A stretch of 64,000 nucleotides of DNA from an uncultured bacterium (lineage in GTDB: Bacteria > Calescibacteriota > Calescibacteriia > Calescibacteriales > Calescibacteriaceae), in assembly GCA_964601505.1 (NCBI GenBank), contig CAZRNR010000004.1, positions 5,553 to 69,552 of the forward strand, written 5' to 3'. The notes below the pieces were generated by a model, which was not told where the DNA came from, did not search any database, and saw only the letters and a program-made list of their open reading frames with translations. Shown here in pieces: positions 1-9,365 of the stretch. How positions within the stretch are numbered: the first letter of the stretch is position 1; each line of letters starts with the position of its first letter. A program made the position numbers and the translations under genes.

Positions 1-301
1 TATCTTGAGAACATTAATCTAGAAGCTCTAAGATTCAAAGGTTATTTTCGTCAGATTGCATCATAGGAACAACATCTTTCGTAAGCTTACATAAATCCAA
101 AGAAGCTTGATGGTAATGGAAATCATAGAAACCCAATATGAGTACAAAATCTGGAAACCTATCTGCACCAAAGATGCTCCAAAACCTTCATTAAGGAGAT
201 TTATAAAAAATTCAATAATCAAACAACAAATATTTAACTTTTAACGAGTGCTTTACTTCTCCAATAGCAAATCATAAAATCACAACAGAAAAACATAATA
301 A

Positions 302-784
302 TTACCTTGATTTAGTCTTAACTTTTCTCCATGCTTCCTCAAGCTCGTTTATATAACCTATAACTTTTTCAAGAGTCTGTATATCCTTCTTTATGTCAGC
401 TTCAGTTATTTTCTGAGTTATCAGAAGATATGAACTTATAAGCTGTTTTCCAACTTCATTCGGTTCCGTTGTAGCCATAAGCAAATCAAAAACCTTCATA
501 GCTTTTGATATTCCTTCATATTTCAATTCATAGTTTTTTGTTGAAATCCCTTCTATTGCCTTCCTCAAGGAATCTTTCGCTATCCCATAGCACATAAGAA
601 GGAGTGTCACGGGATCCGCCGTTTTAAGCGAATCCATTGCAAACTTTTCAGATACATTCTTACCTGTAGAAAAATCTGGTTTTACAGAATCTTTACGGTC
701 CTCCTCTGATACATTTTCTTCTTTATCTTCTTCAACTATCTCTATATTCCTTATGTATGTATCTTCTAATATCCTTCTCATCAA
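302..784 (-). CDS. fliS: flagellar export chaperone FliS with ~45-aa acidic N-terminal extension
   Basis: 160-aa ORF. The C-terminal ~115 aa follow the FliS helical-bundle pattern (DPVTLLLMCYGIAKDSL ... INELEEAWRKV). It lies directly downstream of a FlaG-like ORF on the same strand. Confidence 0.75.
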   Translation of the reverse strand: MMRRILEDTYIRNIEIVEEDKEENVSEEDRKDSVKPDFSTGKNVSEKFAMDSLKTADPVTLLLMCYGIAKDSLRKAIEGISTKNYELKYEGISKAMKVFDLLMATTEPNEVGKQLISSYLLITQKITEADIKKDIQTLEKVIGYINELEEAWRKVKTKSR

Positions 785-828
785 TTTCTAATTTTTTCGT
801 CTCACTATGTTTATTTTTTAGCCCCGTT

Positions 829-1218
829 TTAAACCTTACTGTTTAAAAGCAAATCTGTAAGCACATCAAAAAATAACCTTATTCTGTTTACAAGCTCCGC
901 TATCTGTTCTGAAGGAAAAACCTTTATAACCTTACCTGATACATCCTTAACCCTTACTATAGGAAAATCTCCAATCTTATCAAAAGAGAAGAAAATACCG
1001 ATATCCCGAAGCTTCGGAGAAACATCTTCTATAAGTTTTTTAAGGTCCTCATAGTCCATAACACTCGGAATATTCTTATTGAAATCACGAATTTGATCAA
1101 CAACTTCTCTCACTTTAACTTCAGACTCTGGTTGATCACCTAACCGGCCAAGCACTTGTTGGCGTAAAAACTGAATTACGCTACTTTCAATTTCCTCGTT
1201 TATCTTGCTGACATCCAT
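829..1218 (-). CDS. flaG: FlaG-family flagellar protein
   Basis: 129-aa ORF. The C-terminal segment FFSFDKIGDFPIVRVKDVSGKVIKVFPSEQIAELVNRI fits the FlaG pattern (V-x-V-x-D-x-x-G-x-V-I-x-x-x-P). It lies immediately upstream of fliS. Confidence 0.6.
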   Translation of the reverse strand: MDVSKINEEIESSVIQFLRQQVLGRLGDQPESEVKVREVVDQIRDFNKNIPSVMDYEDLKKLIEDVSPKLRDIGIFFSFDKIGDFPIVRVKDVSGKVIKVFPSEQIAELVNRIRLFFDVLTDLLLNSKV

Positions 1219-1389
1219 GTCTTACACCTCCTTATTTCTACTACCTCCTTGCAAAATAAAAAATATTATCAGTAATAACAATTTAATCAATCGGAAACGT
1301 TTTATAAAAGTTTAGAAATAGGTGCTAATTCTCATTCAAATATTCACACTGATTCTCCAAAATATTTTAAATATTGATTGATGTAGAAG

Positions 1390-2769
1390 ATGAGATATCT
1401 TCTTATAAATCCTGCTGATCTTGAAAGGAGGATGTTTGGTTTTCTGCAGCCTCAAGGTCTTGGATATTTAGCTACATCTTTGAGGATGAATAACTTTGAG
1501 GTTGATATAATTGATGCCGCAAAAGAGAATTTATCACCATATGAAATTGCAAGAAAAGTAAAGGAGAGGAAATATGATGTAGTAGGTTTTTATGTTTTAA
1601 GCCCCCTCATTAGATCTGTGAGAATGTATTCAGATGAGATAAAAAGAAAATCACCTAACACAATCATAGTAGCTGGCGGACCTCACCCAACATTTGAACC
1701 CGAACACACATTACGCTCCTCAAGTAGTATTGACCTTGCTTGCATAGGAGATGGCGAGGAGGCAATAACCAAGATCTCCTCAGGAATTCAAGATACCCCA
1801 AATATCGCATGGAGGCAAGACGGAAAGATAATTATAAATCACAGAACATTCGTGGATATAAACAAATACCCTATGCCTGCCTGGGATATAATAAAGCCAG
1901 ACAGCTACCCCCCACTACCTATAGGCATATTTTCTGAAAAAAAGAGAATATGCCAAATAATCACAACACGCGGATGCCCTTACCCATGCTCATTTTGCGG
2001 AGTGCCAAACATATCCGGAAAGTCTATGCGTGTCAGAAAAATAGAATACATACTTTCCGAAATAAACCTTCTCATATCAGAATTCGGAATTGAGGAAATT
2101 CACATAATAGATGATAATATCACAGCTGCTCCAAGAAATTGGCTTATTGAACTCCTTGAAAGCTTGGCACGGGAAAAGTTCCCTGTTAGATTTGCCCTAC
2201 CATCTGGAATAAGAATAGACCTTATTGATGAACATATCTTAAACCTTATGTGGAAAGCTAGATTTTATGCCTTCGCCATAGGTATAGAATCGTCAAATCA
2301 AAAAACACTTGATGAAATGAAAAAGAAACTGAAGATTCAAAAAGTCATAGATAAGCTTATGGTAGCAAAAAAATATGATTTCCATATTCAAGGAAACTTC
2401 ATAATAGGATATCCGACAGAAAGTATAACAGAAAATTTAAGAACCGTTCTCTTCTCGCTATCTCTGCCTATAAAGAAGGCAGGATATTTCATATTCAACC
2501 CATTCCCCGGCACAGATGAATGGGAGAAAATAAAAAAAAGATACCAAATTGATCAGTGGGAAATGATAATCTCCAGCTTCAATCTCTATAGAATCTCAAG
2601 ATTTGTAGAAAGGAAAACCTCAAGGATAGCTTTAAGGCTAATACAGGTATTAGCATACTTTCTATTCTACATCAGACCATCGTATCTTTTCAAGAACATT
2701 AGAAAATTAAAATCTTTCCATCAGATAAAGGTGATATTTAGGATTATATTTTCTATGATAACGGGATGA
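1390..2769 (+). CDS. B12-binding-domain radical SAM protein
   Basis: 459 aa. An N-terminal B12-binding-like Rossmann segment is followed by the CxxxCxxC radical-SAM cluster motif (TTRGCPYPCSFCGV). Confidence 0.8.
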   Translation: MRYLLINPADLERRMFGFLQPQGLGYLATSLRMNNFEVDIIDAAKENLSPYEIARKVKERKYDVVGFYVLSPLIRSVRMYSDEIKRKSPNTIIVAGGPHPTFEPEHTLRSSSSIDLACIGDGEEAITKISSGIQDTPNIAWRQDGKIIINHRTFVDINKYPMPAWDIIKPDSYPPLPIGIFSEKKRICQIITTRGCPYPCSFCGVPNISGKSMRVRKIEYILSEINLLISEFGIEEIHIIDDNITAAPRNWLIELLESLAREKFPVRFALPSGIRIDLIDEHILNLMWKARFYAFAIGIESSNQKTLDEMKKKLKIQKVIDKLMVAKKYDFHIQGNFIIGYPTESITENLRTVLFSLSLPIKKAGYFIFNPFPGTDEWEKIKKRYQIDQWEMIISSFNLYRISRFVERKTSRIALRLIQVLAYFLFYIRPSYLFKNIRKLKSFHQIKVIFRIIFSMITG

Positions 2770-2792
2770 TATAAGAAACCGAACATACACCT

Positions 2793-3809
2793 TCACCTTT
2801 TTTTCAGCATGTTATATGTTTGCTCTGCCACCTTTCTGTGTCCAATAGCGTTTGGATGGAGATTCTTAACGAAAAAATCCGAAGGACTAAGCTTCACCTT
2901 TACAACACCCACAATTGGGCTTATCTCACTTTCTATCATATCATAAATCTTATCAACATATGGTTTTCTTCCGAGAGCCTGATCATAATCTGGAATAAGA
3001 ATAAGATATATCTCGCATGGACATATATTTTTTGCCTTCCTCATCATAGACTTTAGAAGGTCAATATACCTTTTCATCACATCCTTATAGAGAACCATAC
3101 GGAATAGTAAAACTTGAGCGATTTTATCTTCAAAAAGATATAAATATCCCTTGATCTTGCCGAAAAAACTATCGTAGCGATCACCCAAATAGTAATTCAA
3201 AGCATATCTTCCGTATGTCAGTAGAAACATTTTATTATAGATGTCAGGAAAAGTTGAAACAGACTTTGGTGGAACATTTCTCAACACAAGCTCTCCGTTC
3301 TCTAAAACAAAAACAGGTTTTCCTCTTCCCCCATTTTCAAGTGGCGAAGAGTCAAGAATTCCCGGGATATCATTCACCCACAGGCAAAACACAACAATAT
3401 CTGGATTATACTTTAAGCCCTCTCTTTCAAGCATAAGTAATTGCTGATCAGTGGAATACCCAACGACAGATAAATTCAAAGATATCCAGTACTCACCAAG
3501 CTTTTTTTCAATCAGCTCCCCGAATGTCTCTTCAAAATTTATTCCAAAACCAAAGCAAACAGAATCACCCAATATCAAAATCTTTTTTTTATCTCTTAGA
3601 TTATCCCAGTCTATTGTATCTCTGCCACCCTGCTTGTTTAATTGAACATAAAATGCTGGAAAGCCTAAAATGGGAGGAACCTTTGCTTTGAAGGATTTTT
3701 GGTTTGCCCAGCCCAAAAGTTCATCCTCTACCCAAAAATCCGAATAAACTCTCTGAACGAATAGTAATAAGAATGAAGACACTAAAACAAAAGATTTCAG
3801 AGAGTTCAT
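2793..3809 (-). CDS. SGNH/GDSL hydrolase family protein (secreted)
   Basis: 338 aa. It has an N-terminal hydrophobic signal-like segment, a GDS block (ILILGDSVCFGFG) and a C-terminal HPNAIGH block typical of SGNH hydrolases. Confidence 0.6.
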   Translation of the reverse strand: MNSLKSFVLVSSFLLLFVQRVYSDFWVEDELLGWANQKSFKAKVPPILGFPAFYVQLNKQGGRDTIDWDNLRDKKKILILGDSVCFGFGINFEETFGELIEKKLGEYWISLNLSVVGYSTDQQLLMLEREGLKYNPDIVVFCLWVNDIPGILDSSPLENGGRGKPVFVLENGELVLRNVPPKSVSTFPDIYNKMFLLTYGRYALNYYLGDRYDSFFGKIKGYLYLFEDKIAQVLLFRMVLYKDVMKRYIDLLKSMMRKAKNICPCEIYLILIPDYDQALGRKPYVDKIYDMIESEISPIVGVVKVKLSPSDFFVKNLHPNAIGHRKVAEQTYNMLKKR

Positions 3810-3837
3810 AAATATATCTTAATTGATTCTTCGTCTC

Positions 3838-5085
3838 TCACAATGGAATATAATCTAACTTCATATAGTCCCTGAGAACCTCTGGAATTTTTATCCTTCC
3901 ATCTTTCTGGAGATTATTTTCAATAATTCCTGCCATGCACCTTCCTATAGCTACACCGGAACCGTTCAAAGTATGTGCATATTCTACTTTTCCTCCTTTT
4001 CGCCTGATCCTTATCATCGCTCTTCTAGCTTGGAAGTCCTCGCAATTTGAACACGAAGATATCTCAAGATAGTTCTTGTATCCCGGCATCCATATTTCAA
4101 TATCGTAAGTTTTTGATGCAGAAAATCCCATATCGTTTGCAGGAAGTAGAACAACCCTATAGCTAAGATCAAGAAGGTCTAATATATGACAAGCATCTTC
4201 AACAAGTTTCTCAAGTTCAACATATGAATCCTCTGGCCTTGAAATTTTCACAAGCTCAACCTTATTGAACTGATGCTGTCTTATCAGACCTCTCGTCTCT
4301 TTCCCCCATGCACCAGCTTCTCTTCTGAAACAAGCAGAATAACCTACCATGCTTATATTTAACTTTTCTTCCGGTATTATCGTATCCCTAAGAATATTTA
4401 CAAGTGAAACTTCTGCTGTTGGAATAAGCCAAAGATTATCTTTTTCAACAGAATACATATCATCCGAAAACTTCGGTAGCTGTCCTGTACCAATCATAAC
4501 TTCTTCTCTGACAAGGTATGGAGTAAAATATTCTTTATATCCCCTCTTGATGTGTTCATCTATCATAAAATTTATCAGCGCCCTTTCAAGTTTAGCAGCT
4601 ACACCGTAAAGAACCGAAAAACCTGAACCAGATATCTTTGCACCTGATTTAAAATCTATGCCTATTTTCTCTCCAATCTCCCAGTGTGGCCTATGATAAC
4701 TCTCACTAAAAGGATCCCCCTTAACCCTCACAATCTTTATCTCATTATCTGGGACACTCTGATGCACTATGTTTGGAAACATCAAGATAAGGTTTCTCCA
4801 CTCTTTCTCTATCTCCTCGCTTTGTCTCTCCAAAATTTTTATATCATCTCGTATTCTCCTTGCCTCCTCTTTGAGTGAAGATGTTTCCTTCCCTTCCCGC
4901 GCTAAAATTTCTATCTCATCTGTTATCTTGTTAAGCTCACTCCTTTTCTTATCTATTTCTACCTGTATGGACCTCCTTCTGGAATCAACTTGAATTAGTT
5001 TTTCAAGATCAAATTCGATTTTCCTTCTCGTAATATTATCACGTAGAATTTGCGGATTTCTCTTTATTATATCTGGATTTATCAT
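3838..5085 (-). CDS. serS: seryl-tRNA synthetase
   Basis: 415 aa. It has an N-terminal coiled-coil arm and class II aaRS core blocks (FRREAGAWGKETRGLIRQHQF, TLNGSGVAIGR). The length is as expected and the gene ends at a TGA. Confidence 0.95.
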   Translation of the reverse strand: MINPDIIKRNPQILRDNITRRKIEFDLEKLIQVDSRRRSIQVEIDKKRSELNKITDEIEILAREGKETSSLKEEARRIRDDIKILERQSEEIEKEWRNLILMFPNIVHQSVPDNEIKIVRVKGDPFSESYHRPHWEIGEKIGIDFKSGAKISGSGFSVLYGVAAKLERALINFMIDEHIKRGYKEYFTPYLVREEVMIGTGQLPKFSDDMYSVEKDNLWLIPTAEVSLVNILRDTIIPEEKLNISMVGYSACFRREAGAWGKETRGLIRQHQFNKVELVKISRPEDSYVELEKLVEDACHILDLLDLSYRVVLLPANDMGFSASKTYDIEIWMPGYKNYLEISSCSNCEDFQARRAMIRIRRKGGKVEYAHTLNGSGVAIGRCMAGIIENNLQKDGRIKIPEVLRDYMKLDYIPL

Positions 5086-5244
5086 CTTTCCTAACCTCCA
5101 ACATAGAGATATAGTAATAACAACCTTCTGTGAACTGTTTTGTCAGATTTTCTTCATGCAAAGTCAGATTTCCTTCATCTCTTCACAAAAACTTATCGCA
5201 TCTTTAATTACACCAAAGATTAATTATTAAAATTAATACTGAGA

Positions 5245-5925
5245 ATGGATAGAAAAGAAATAGAGGAAAATGTTATTCCACTATTCCCCATATCTAACAT
5301 TGTTATATTTCCTAAAGTAAGGGTTCCATTGATTGTATCAGACGAAAAATATAAACCACTGATATTCGAATCAGCAGTCAGATCAAAGTTTATAGGTTTT
5401 TTCCCAATAAAGGAAAGTAGAAAAGTATCAGATGATGCCGAAAAGATATTCCCAATAGGATGTGCAGGTAAAGTAATCTCTGTTTCCGAGATATCTCCGA
5501 ATGTGTTTTCAGTGGTCGTTGAAGGACTATTCAGAGTAAAGCTTATAAGCCTCTTGAAAGGTGAGAACTACAATAGTGCCAGGTTTGAAATATTGCATGA
5601 AATACTGCCAGATGAGAAGATACAAGATGAACTCAAGAGAGACTTGATAGAAGTAGCTGTCAAATTTCTAGTAAAAATAGGAGAAAGCAGGGAAAGAATA
5701 GCAGAAATAAGTCAGGTTGCAAATAATATGAATTTTGAAGAAGTCCTTAACTGGGCTATACTCCTCCATCCACTCAGATTTACCTCCAAACTTTCTTTGA
5801 TGGCCGAAGATAATGTCAGCATAAGAGCCAAAAAATTTGTCGAGGAAGTCAAAAGGGATATATTCTACATAGACCTTGTTGCGGAATATAGAGATATGAA
5901 ACCTAAAGATCCAAGAGTAAATTAG
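5245..5925 (+). CDS. LON N-terminal (substrate-binding) domain protein, stand-alone
   Basis: 226 aa beginning with the LON N-domain signature IPLFPISNIVIFPKVRVPLIVSDEKY. There is no AAA+ or protease domain. Confidence 0.7.
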   Translation: MDRKEIEENVIPLFPISNIVIFPKVRVPLIVSDEKYKPLIFESAVRSKFIGFFPIKESRKVSDDAEKIFPIGCAGKVISVSEISPNVFSVVVEGLFRVKLISLLKGENYNSARFEILHEILPDEKIQDELKRDLIEVAVKFLVKIGESRERIAEISQVANNMNFEEVLNWAILLHPLRFTSKLSLMAEDNVSIRAKKFVEEVKRDIFYIDLVAEYRDMKPKDPRVN

Positions 5926-5985
5926 ATTGATGAATCAGAAAACAGCAATATGAACCACTATTTATTTATTTCTTATATTAGCTAT

Positions 5986-7386
5986 CTAAACAAATTCATC
6001 TGTTATTCTTAATATTCTCCCCTCCATATGGATAGGTTCTATCTCAATAACTCTTTTGTTCCCAGTATCAGATACAAGTAATATTCCAGCTCCTATCCTT
6101 ATTTCTTCCGGCCGACAAAGCTCCATATTTCTTAAAACAATTGTAGACATTCTATTTTCTATCATAATTCTTATAGAGTTATTCAATGTATCCGCAATGA
6201 ACAGAACATCTCTAAATGTTTCAACTGATTTTGGAAAATTCATTTGAGCAATAGACAATGGTCCATCGACATAACCATCCTTAAATCCTCCAGCTAGTGT
6301 TACGATTGTGCCATCATCTTTTATCTCTCTCACAGAAGAATCTGCTGCATCTACAACAACAATCCTGCTATCATCTGTTCGTATAACTGCAGTTGGCATT
6401 CCGAATGTACAGTTTATCTCATCTACTATAACATTATCAGTGATATCGTCAAAGTAATCTATTACCTTCAATTTTTCCTCCTGAATTTTCAATCTGAATA
6501 TCTTACCTGTGAGAGAAGAGACATAAAAAATTCCATCTGCTCTAGATATATGGCTTGGAAGAGGAAGACGTATAAAACCAAGTATCTTCCTCTTCAAAAG
6601 ATCAGAAACCTTTATCTTGTTCGAAAAAAGATCGCCTATAAGGAGAAACCTACCACTTTCTGTAAAACAAACACAACTCGGATTAACAAAGGATGTTTTC
6701 TCAAAGTCTATTTCATACTCGCTCTCTGGTGAATCTCCTCCACCTTCTTTCCCAACTATATCAAATGGATCCCAATATCCCCCATATGAAAAAACTAGAA
6801 CTTGCTTCCTCCCTCTATCTGTAATTGCAAGTAATCTCGTTTTCCTAGAATAAGCTATTTTTCCCGGGGTATCAAAATAAAACTTTGAAAAATCCGATCT
6901 TCTAGCATCAATGAACATTTCATCTTCGTCTCCATAATACCACCATCTTTTTTCTTCTCTTTCAGACTTTATTTCCTTGGGGCTGAAGGCAATCTCGCGT
7001 CTATTAAGTATTTCCGATATCCGCTTAAAACCTGTTATTCTGTTATGTATATTGCCCTGCTCATCTAAAAGAACAAGCGCAGGTAGTTCATCTATACCTA
7101 ATTCATCTTTGATTTGTGCGTTTTCATCAATTATAACGGGGGAATGAGAGAATGAGCAACTTATAGTCTGCCTTATGAACTCTTCATCTTTCTCGTCATC
7201 GGAAAAAGTTATGAATACTCCTATAGGAGAAACTTCTTTACCAAAAATCTTAACAGCTAAATCCTCAGATATCTCATGTTTTTTCGAGAAGAAAACTAAA
7301 GCATATGGAGGCTTAACATTTCTTGGGTCGGCTCTATAGCAAATCTTCCCAGAAACAAGTATATTCAAATCCAATTTATCCCCCAT
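5986..7386 (-). CDS. thioredoxin-fold-like plus NHL/beta-propeller repeat protein
   Basis: 466 aa. An N-terminal thioredoxin-like region without a CxxC pair (ELPALVLLDEQGNI) is followed by repeated propeller-blade-like segments. The architecture resembles NHLRC2-type proteins. Confidence 0.5.
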   Translation of the reverse strand: MGDKLDLNILVSGKICYRADPRNVKPPYALVFFSKKHEISEDLAVKIFGKEVSPIGVFITFSDDEKDEEFIRQTISCSFSHSPVIIDENAQIKDELGIDELPALVLLDEQGNIHNRITGFKRISEILNRREIAFSPKEIKSEREEKRWWYYGDEDEMFIDARRSDFSKFYFDTPGKIAYSRKTRLLAITDRGRKQVLVFSYGGYWDPFDIVGKEGGGDSPESEYEIDFEKTSFVNPSCVCFTESGRFLLIGDLFSNKIKVSDLLKRKILGFIRLPLPSHISRADGIFYVSSLTGKIFRLKIQEEKLKVIDYFDDITDNVIVDEINCTFGMPTAVIRTDDSRIVVVDAADSSVREIKDDGTIVTLAGGFKDGYVDGPLSIAQMNFPKSVETFRDVLFIADTLNNSIRIMIENRMSTIVLRNMELCRPEEIRIGAGILLVSDTGNKRVIEIEPIHMEGRILRITDEFV

Positions 7387-7433
7387 AAATTACCAAACTA
7401 AATAATATTAATAATTTTATTTCTAGCCCTGTT

Positions 7434-8132
7434 ATGGAGATTAAACATAATTTAGTTCTGCTGTTTGAGGATATAAAAACAAACCAAAAAGATGGAGCTT
7501 CCACACTTGCAAAAAAAACACTCCTGAAACTAAAAAGCATAATATCTGAGACAAGAGACAAAACAATTATTCCAGAAATCATAAATATAGCGAAATCTGT
7601 AAGACCATCTATGCCGATCATAAAAAACATCGTATCAAAACTTGAAGGATTGCCAAGTGAAAAAATTCAGGATCATATAGATATTCTCATAAAAAACCTT
7701 GAAGCAAAAAAGAAGAAAATCGCAGATATGGGAGAAATAATCTTGTCTCAGTTCCAGAACATAGGAGTTGTTTCCTTCTCATCCAATATAAACCATATTC
7801 TATCAAAAAAACAGAGAAAGAATCTTTTTGCATTGAGATCAGATAATTATGCAAAAATGTTCGGAGAAAATGTTAATTTCGTTGATGATTGGGAAATTGA
7901 AAACAAGGTTGAAATCGGAATAATGGGAGCAGATGCTATAGTAGTAAGCGATACAAAAACATACATAGTCAATGGATATCCATCCGAAAACTTTGTAAAA
8001 TCCATAAAGAGAAAAAGTATCTTGGTATTCGCAGAGTCGGAAAAAATCGTATTACAAAACTTATACTCCATAGAGGAACAAAACCTTCAGCTATTTGAAA
8101 TGAAAGAAAATATCCACCTTATAATAGTCTAA
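7434..8132 (+). CDS. eIF-2B/MtnA-family-like protein (short)
   Basis: 232 aa. The C-terminal segment IGIMGADAIVVSDTKTYIVNGYPSENFVKSIKRKSILVFAESEKI resembles the GADxI..N..G...A...V....AE..K core of the IF-2B isomerase family. It is shorter than typical members. Confidence 0.4.
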   Translation: MEIKHNLVLLFEDIKTNQKDGASTLAKKTLLKLKSIISETRDKTIIPEIINIAKSVRPSMPIIKNIVSKLEGLPSEKIQDHIDILIKNLEAKKKKIADMGEIILSQFQNIGVVSFSSNINHILSKKQRKNLFALRSDNYAKMFGENVNFVDDWEIENKVEIGIMGADAIVVSDTKTYIVNGYPSENFVKSIKRKSILVFAESEKIVLQNLYSIEEQNLQLFEMKENIHLIIV

Positions 8133-8284
8133 ATCTTTCAACCTAATATGACAGCTAATAAGTTTTGTGGTCTTCTAATAAATTTTGTGATCCTCAATTT
8201 AACTGAACTTGTTATATTTTTACTCCGAGATAAACTATAACAGTAGAGCGAAATTCGAAAGAAAACTTTTCTGGAGAAGATAAA

Positions 8285-8695
8285 TTACCAAACCTTAGCT
8301 ATTGCCTCACCACCGATTTTCTCAGCCTTAGCTCTTGTACTACTCATTATCCCCCTTGAAGTTGAAAGGATAACTATACCTGTTCCCCCGTAAACTTGTG
8401 GTATCTGTTCAACCTTCATATATACTCTTCTACCAGGTTTAGAAAGGATCTGCAAACCTCTGATGACAGAAATCTTCTGCTTAGGTTCTGGATAAAAATA
8501 CTTAAGATAAACCTTTATTTTCCCACCCTTTTGATCTGGTATTATTTCGTAATCAGATATGAAACCTTCCTCCTTAAGAACAGAAACAATTTGTATCTTC
8601 GTCCTTGAAGCTGGAACCTCTACAAAATCTTTCTTAACAGCAACCGCATTCCTTATCCTTGAAAAAAAATCCGCTATTGTACTTGTCATTCCCAT
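8285..8695 (-). CDS. rpsH: 30S ribosomal protein S8
   Basis: 136 aa. Full-length S8 pattern (IADFFSRIRNA ... SKPGRRVY ... ILSTSRGIMS ... GGEAIAKVW). Confidence 0.95.
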   Translation of the reverse strand: MGMTSTIADFFSRIRNAVAVKKDFVEVPASRTKIQIVSVLKEEGFISDYEIIPDQKGGKIKVYLKYFYPEPKQKISVIRGLQILSKPGRRVYMKVEQIPQVYGGTGIVILSTSRGIMSSTRAKAEKIGGEAIAKVW

Positions 8696-8698
8696 AGC

Positions 8699-8884
8699 TT
8701 ACCAAGATGCCTTCCTAACTCCCGGGATCTTACCTTCAAGTGCAAGTTCCCTAAAACACATTCTGCAAAGCTTGAAAAACCTTATAAACCCCCTTGGCCT
8801 ACCACACTTATGACACCTGTTTCTATACCTAACCCTAAATTTTGGTTGCTCAAAAATCCTATTTCTATCCCGAGCAGTTGGCAT
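8699..8884 (-). CDS. rpsN: 30S ribosomal protein S14, zinc-ribbon type Z
   Basis: 61 aa with two CxxC pairs (CHKCGRP ... CRMCFRE) and a C-terminal KASW. It lies 3 nt upstream of rpsH. Confidence 0.95.
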   Translation of the reverse strand: MPTARDRNRIFEQPKFRVRYRNRCHKCGRPRGFIRFFKLCRMCFRELALEGKIPGVRKASW

Positions 8885-9365
8885 AATATTTATCCATCTT
8901 TTAATCTTATAAATCCAGTTTTCACTTTTTTCAGATTATTTTAGAATATCAATCCAAAACCATAGCATTCTTCAAAGTTAGTAAGATTTACATACGAGCA
9001 AATCTAAACATATGCCCCATTCATGAAATTTAATTTTTACTTTTTTGAGAACTGAGCTTTTGGTTATCTCGCCAATGATTTACTTAATTCTATAAATGTC
9101 TGAAATCCTCCCGATTTCTTTCATAAGCTCTAATCAAAAAATTTCAAAGTTCCAATCGTCTCAAAATATTTTCAGCGAGATCCGCTTTAAGTGCATTGTA
9201 AAAAATAATGAAAAATTGTCATCACTCTGATCATATTTGAATTTATTTTGAGATGAAATTTACCGCTTTAGAGAATTGAAAATAGATACTTAAAGTAAAT
9301 CCAAACTAAATATGACCACCAAAAGAATAAACTCACGGAAAAACATATTCTATTCATTCCGCTTT

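Noticed and set aside
3838-3840. Possible genome-wide stop-codon reassignment, prompted by in-frame TGA (51602) and TAG (32506) codons.
   Set aside because: serS ends at a TGA (3838-3840) and bioA ends at a TGA (39293-39295), both at the lengths expected for their families. TAA, TAG and TGA all terminate well-conserved genes normally, so the standard code fits.
5142-5178. 21-bp-phased direct repeat GTCAGATTTTCTTCAT / GTCAGATTTCCTTCAT in the serS / LON-N divergent region.
   Set aside because: A 15-of-16 match at short distance can arise by chance in AT-rich sequence of this length. It is kept only as a weak note because its TGTCAGAT arm resembles the arm of the 90-bp element.
5086-5244. T-box leader upstream of serS.
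   Set aside because: The whole divergent intergenic region is only 159 bp, and I see no T-box sequence or specifier-loop architecture.
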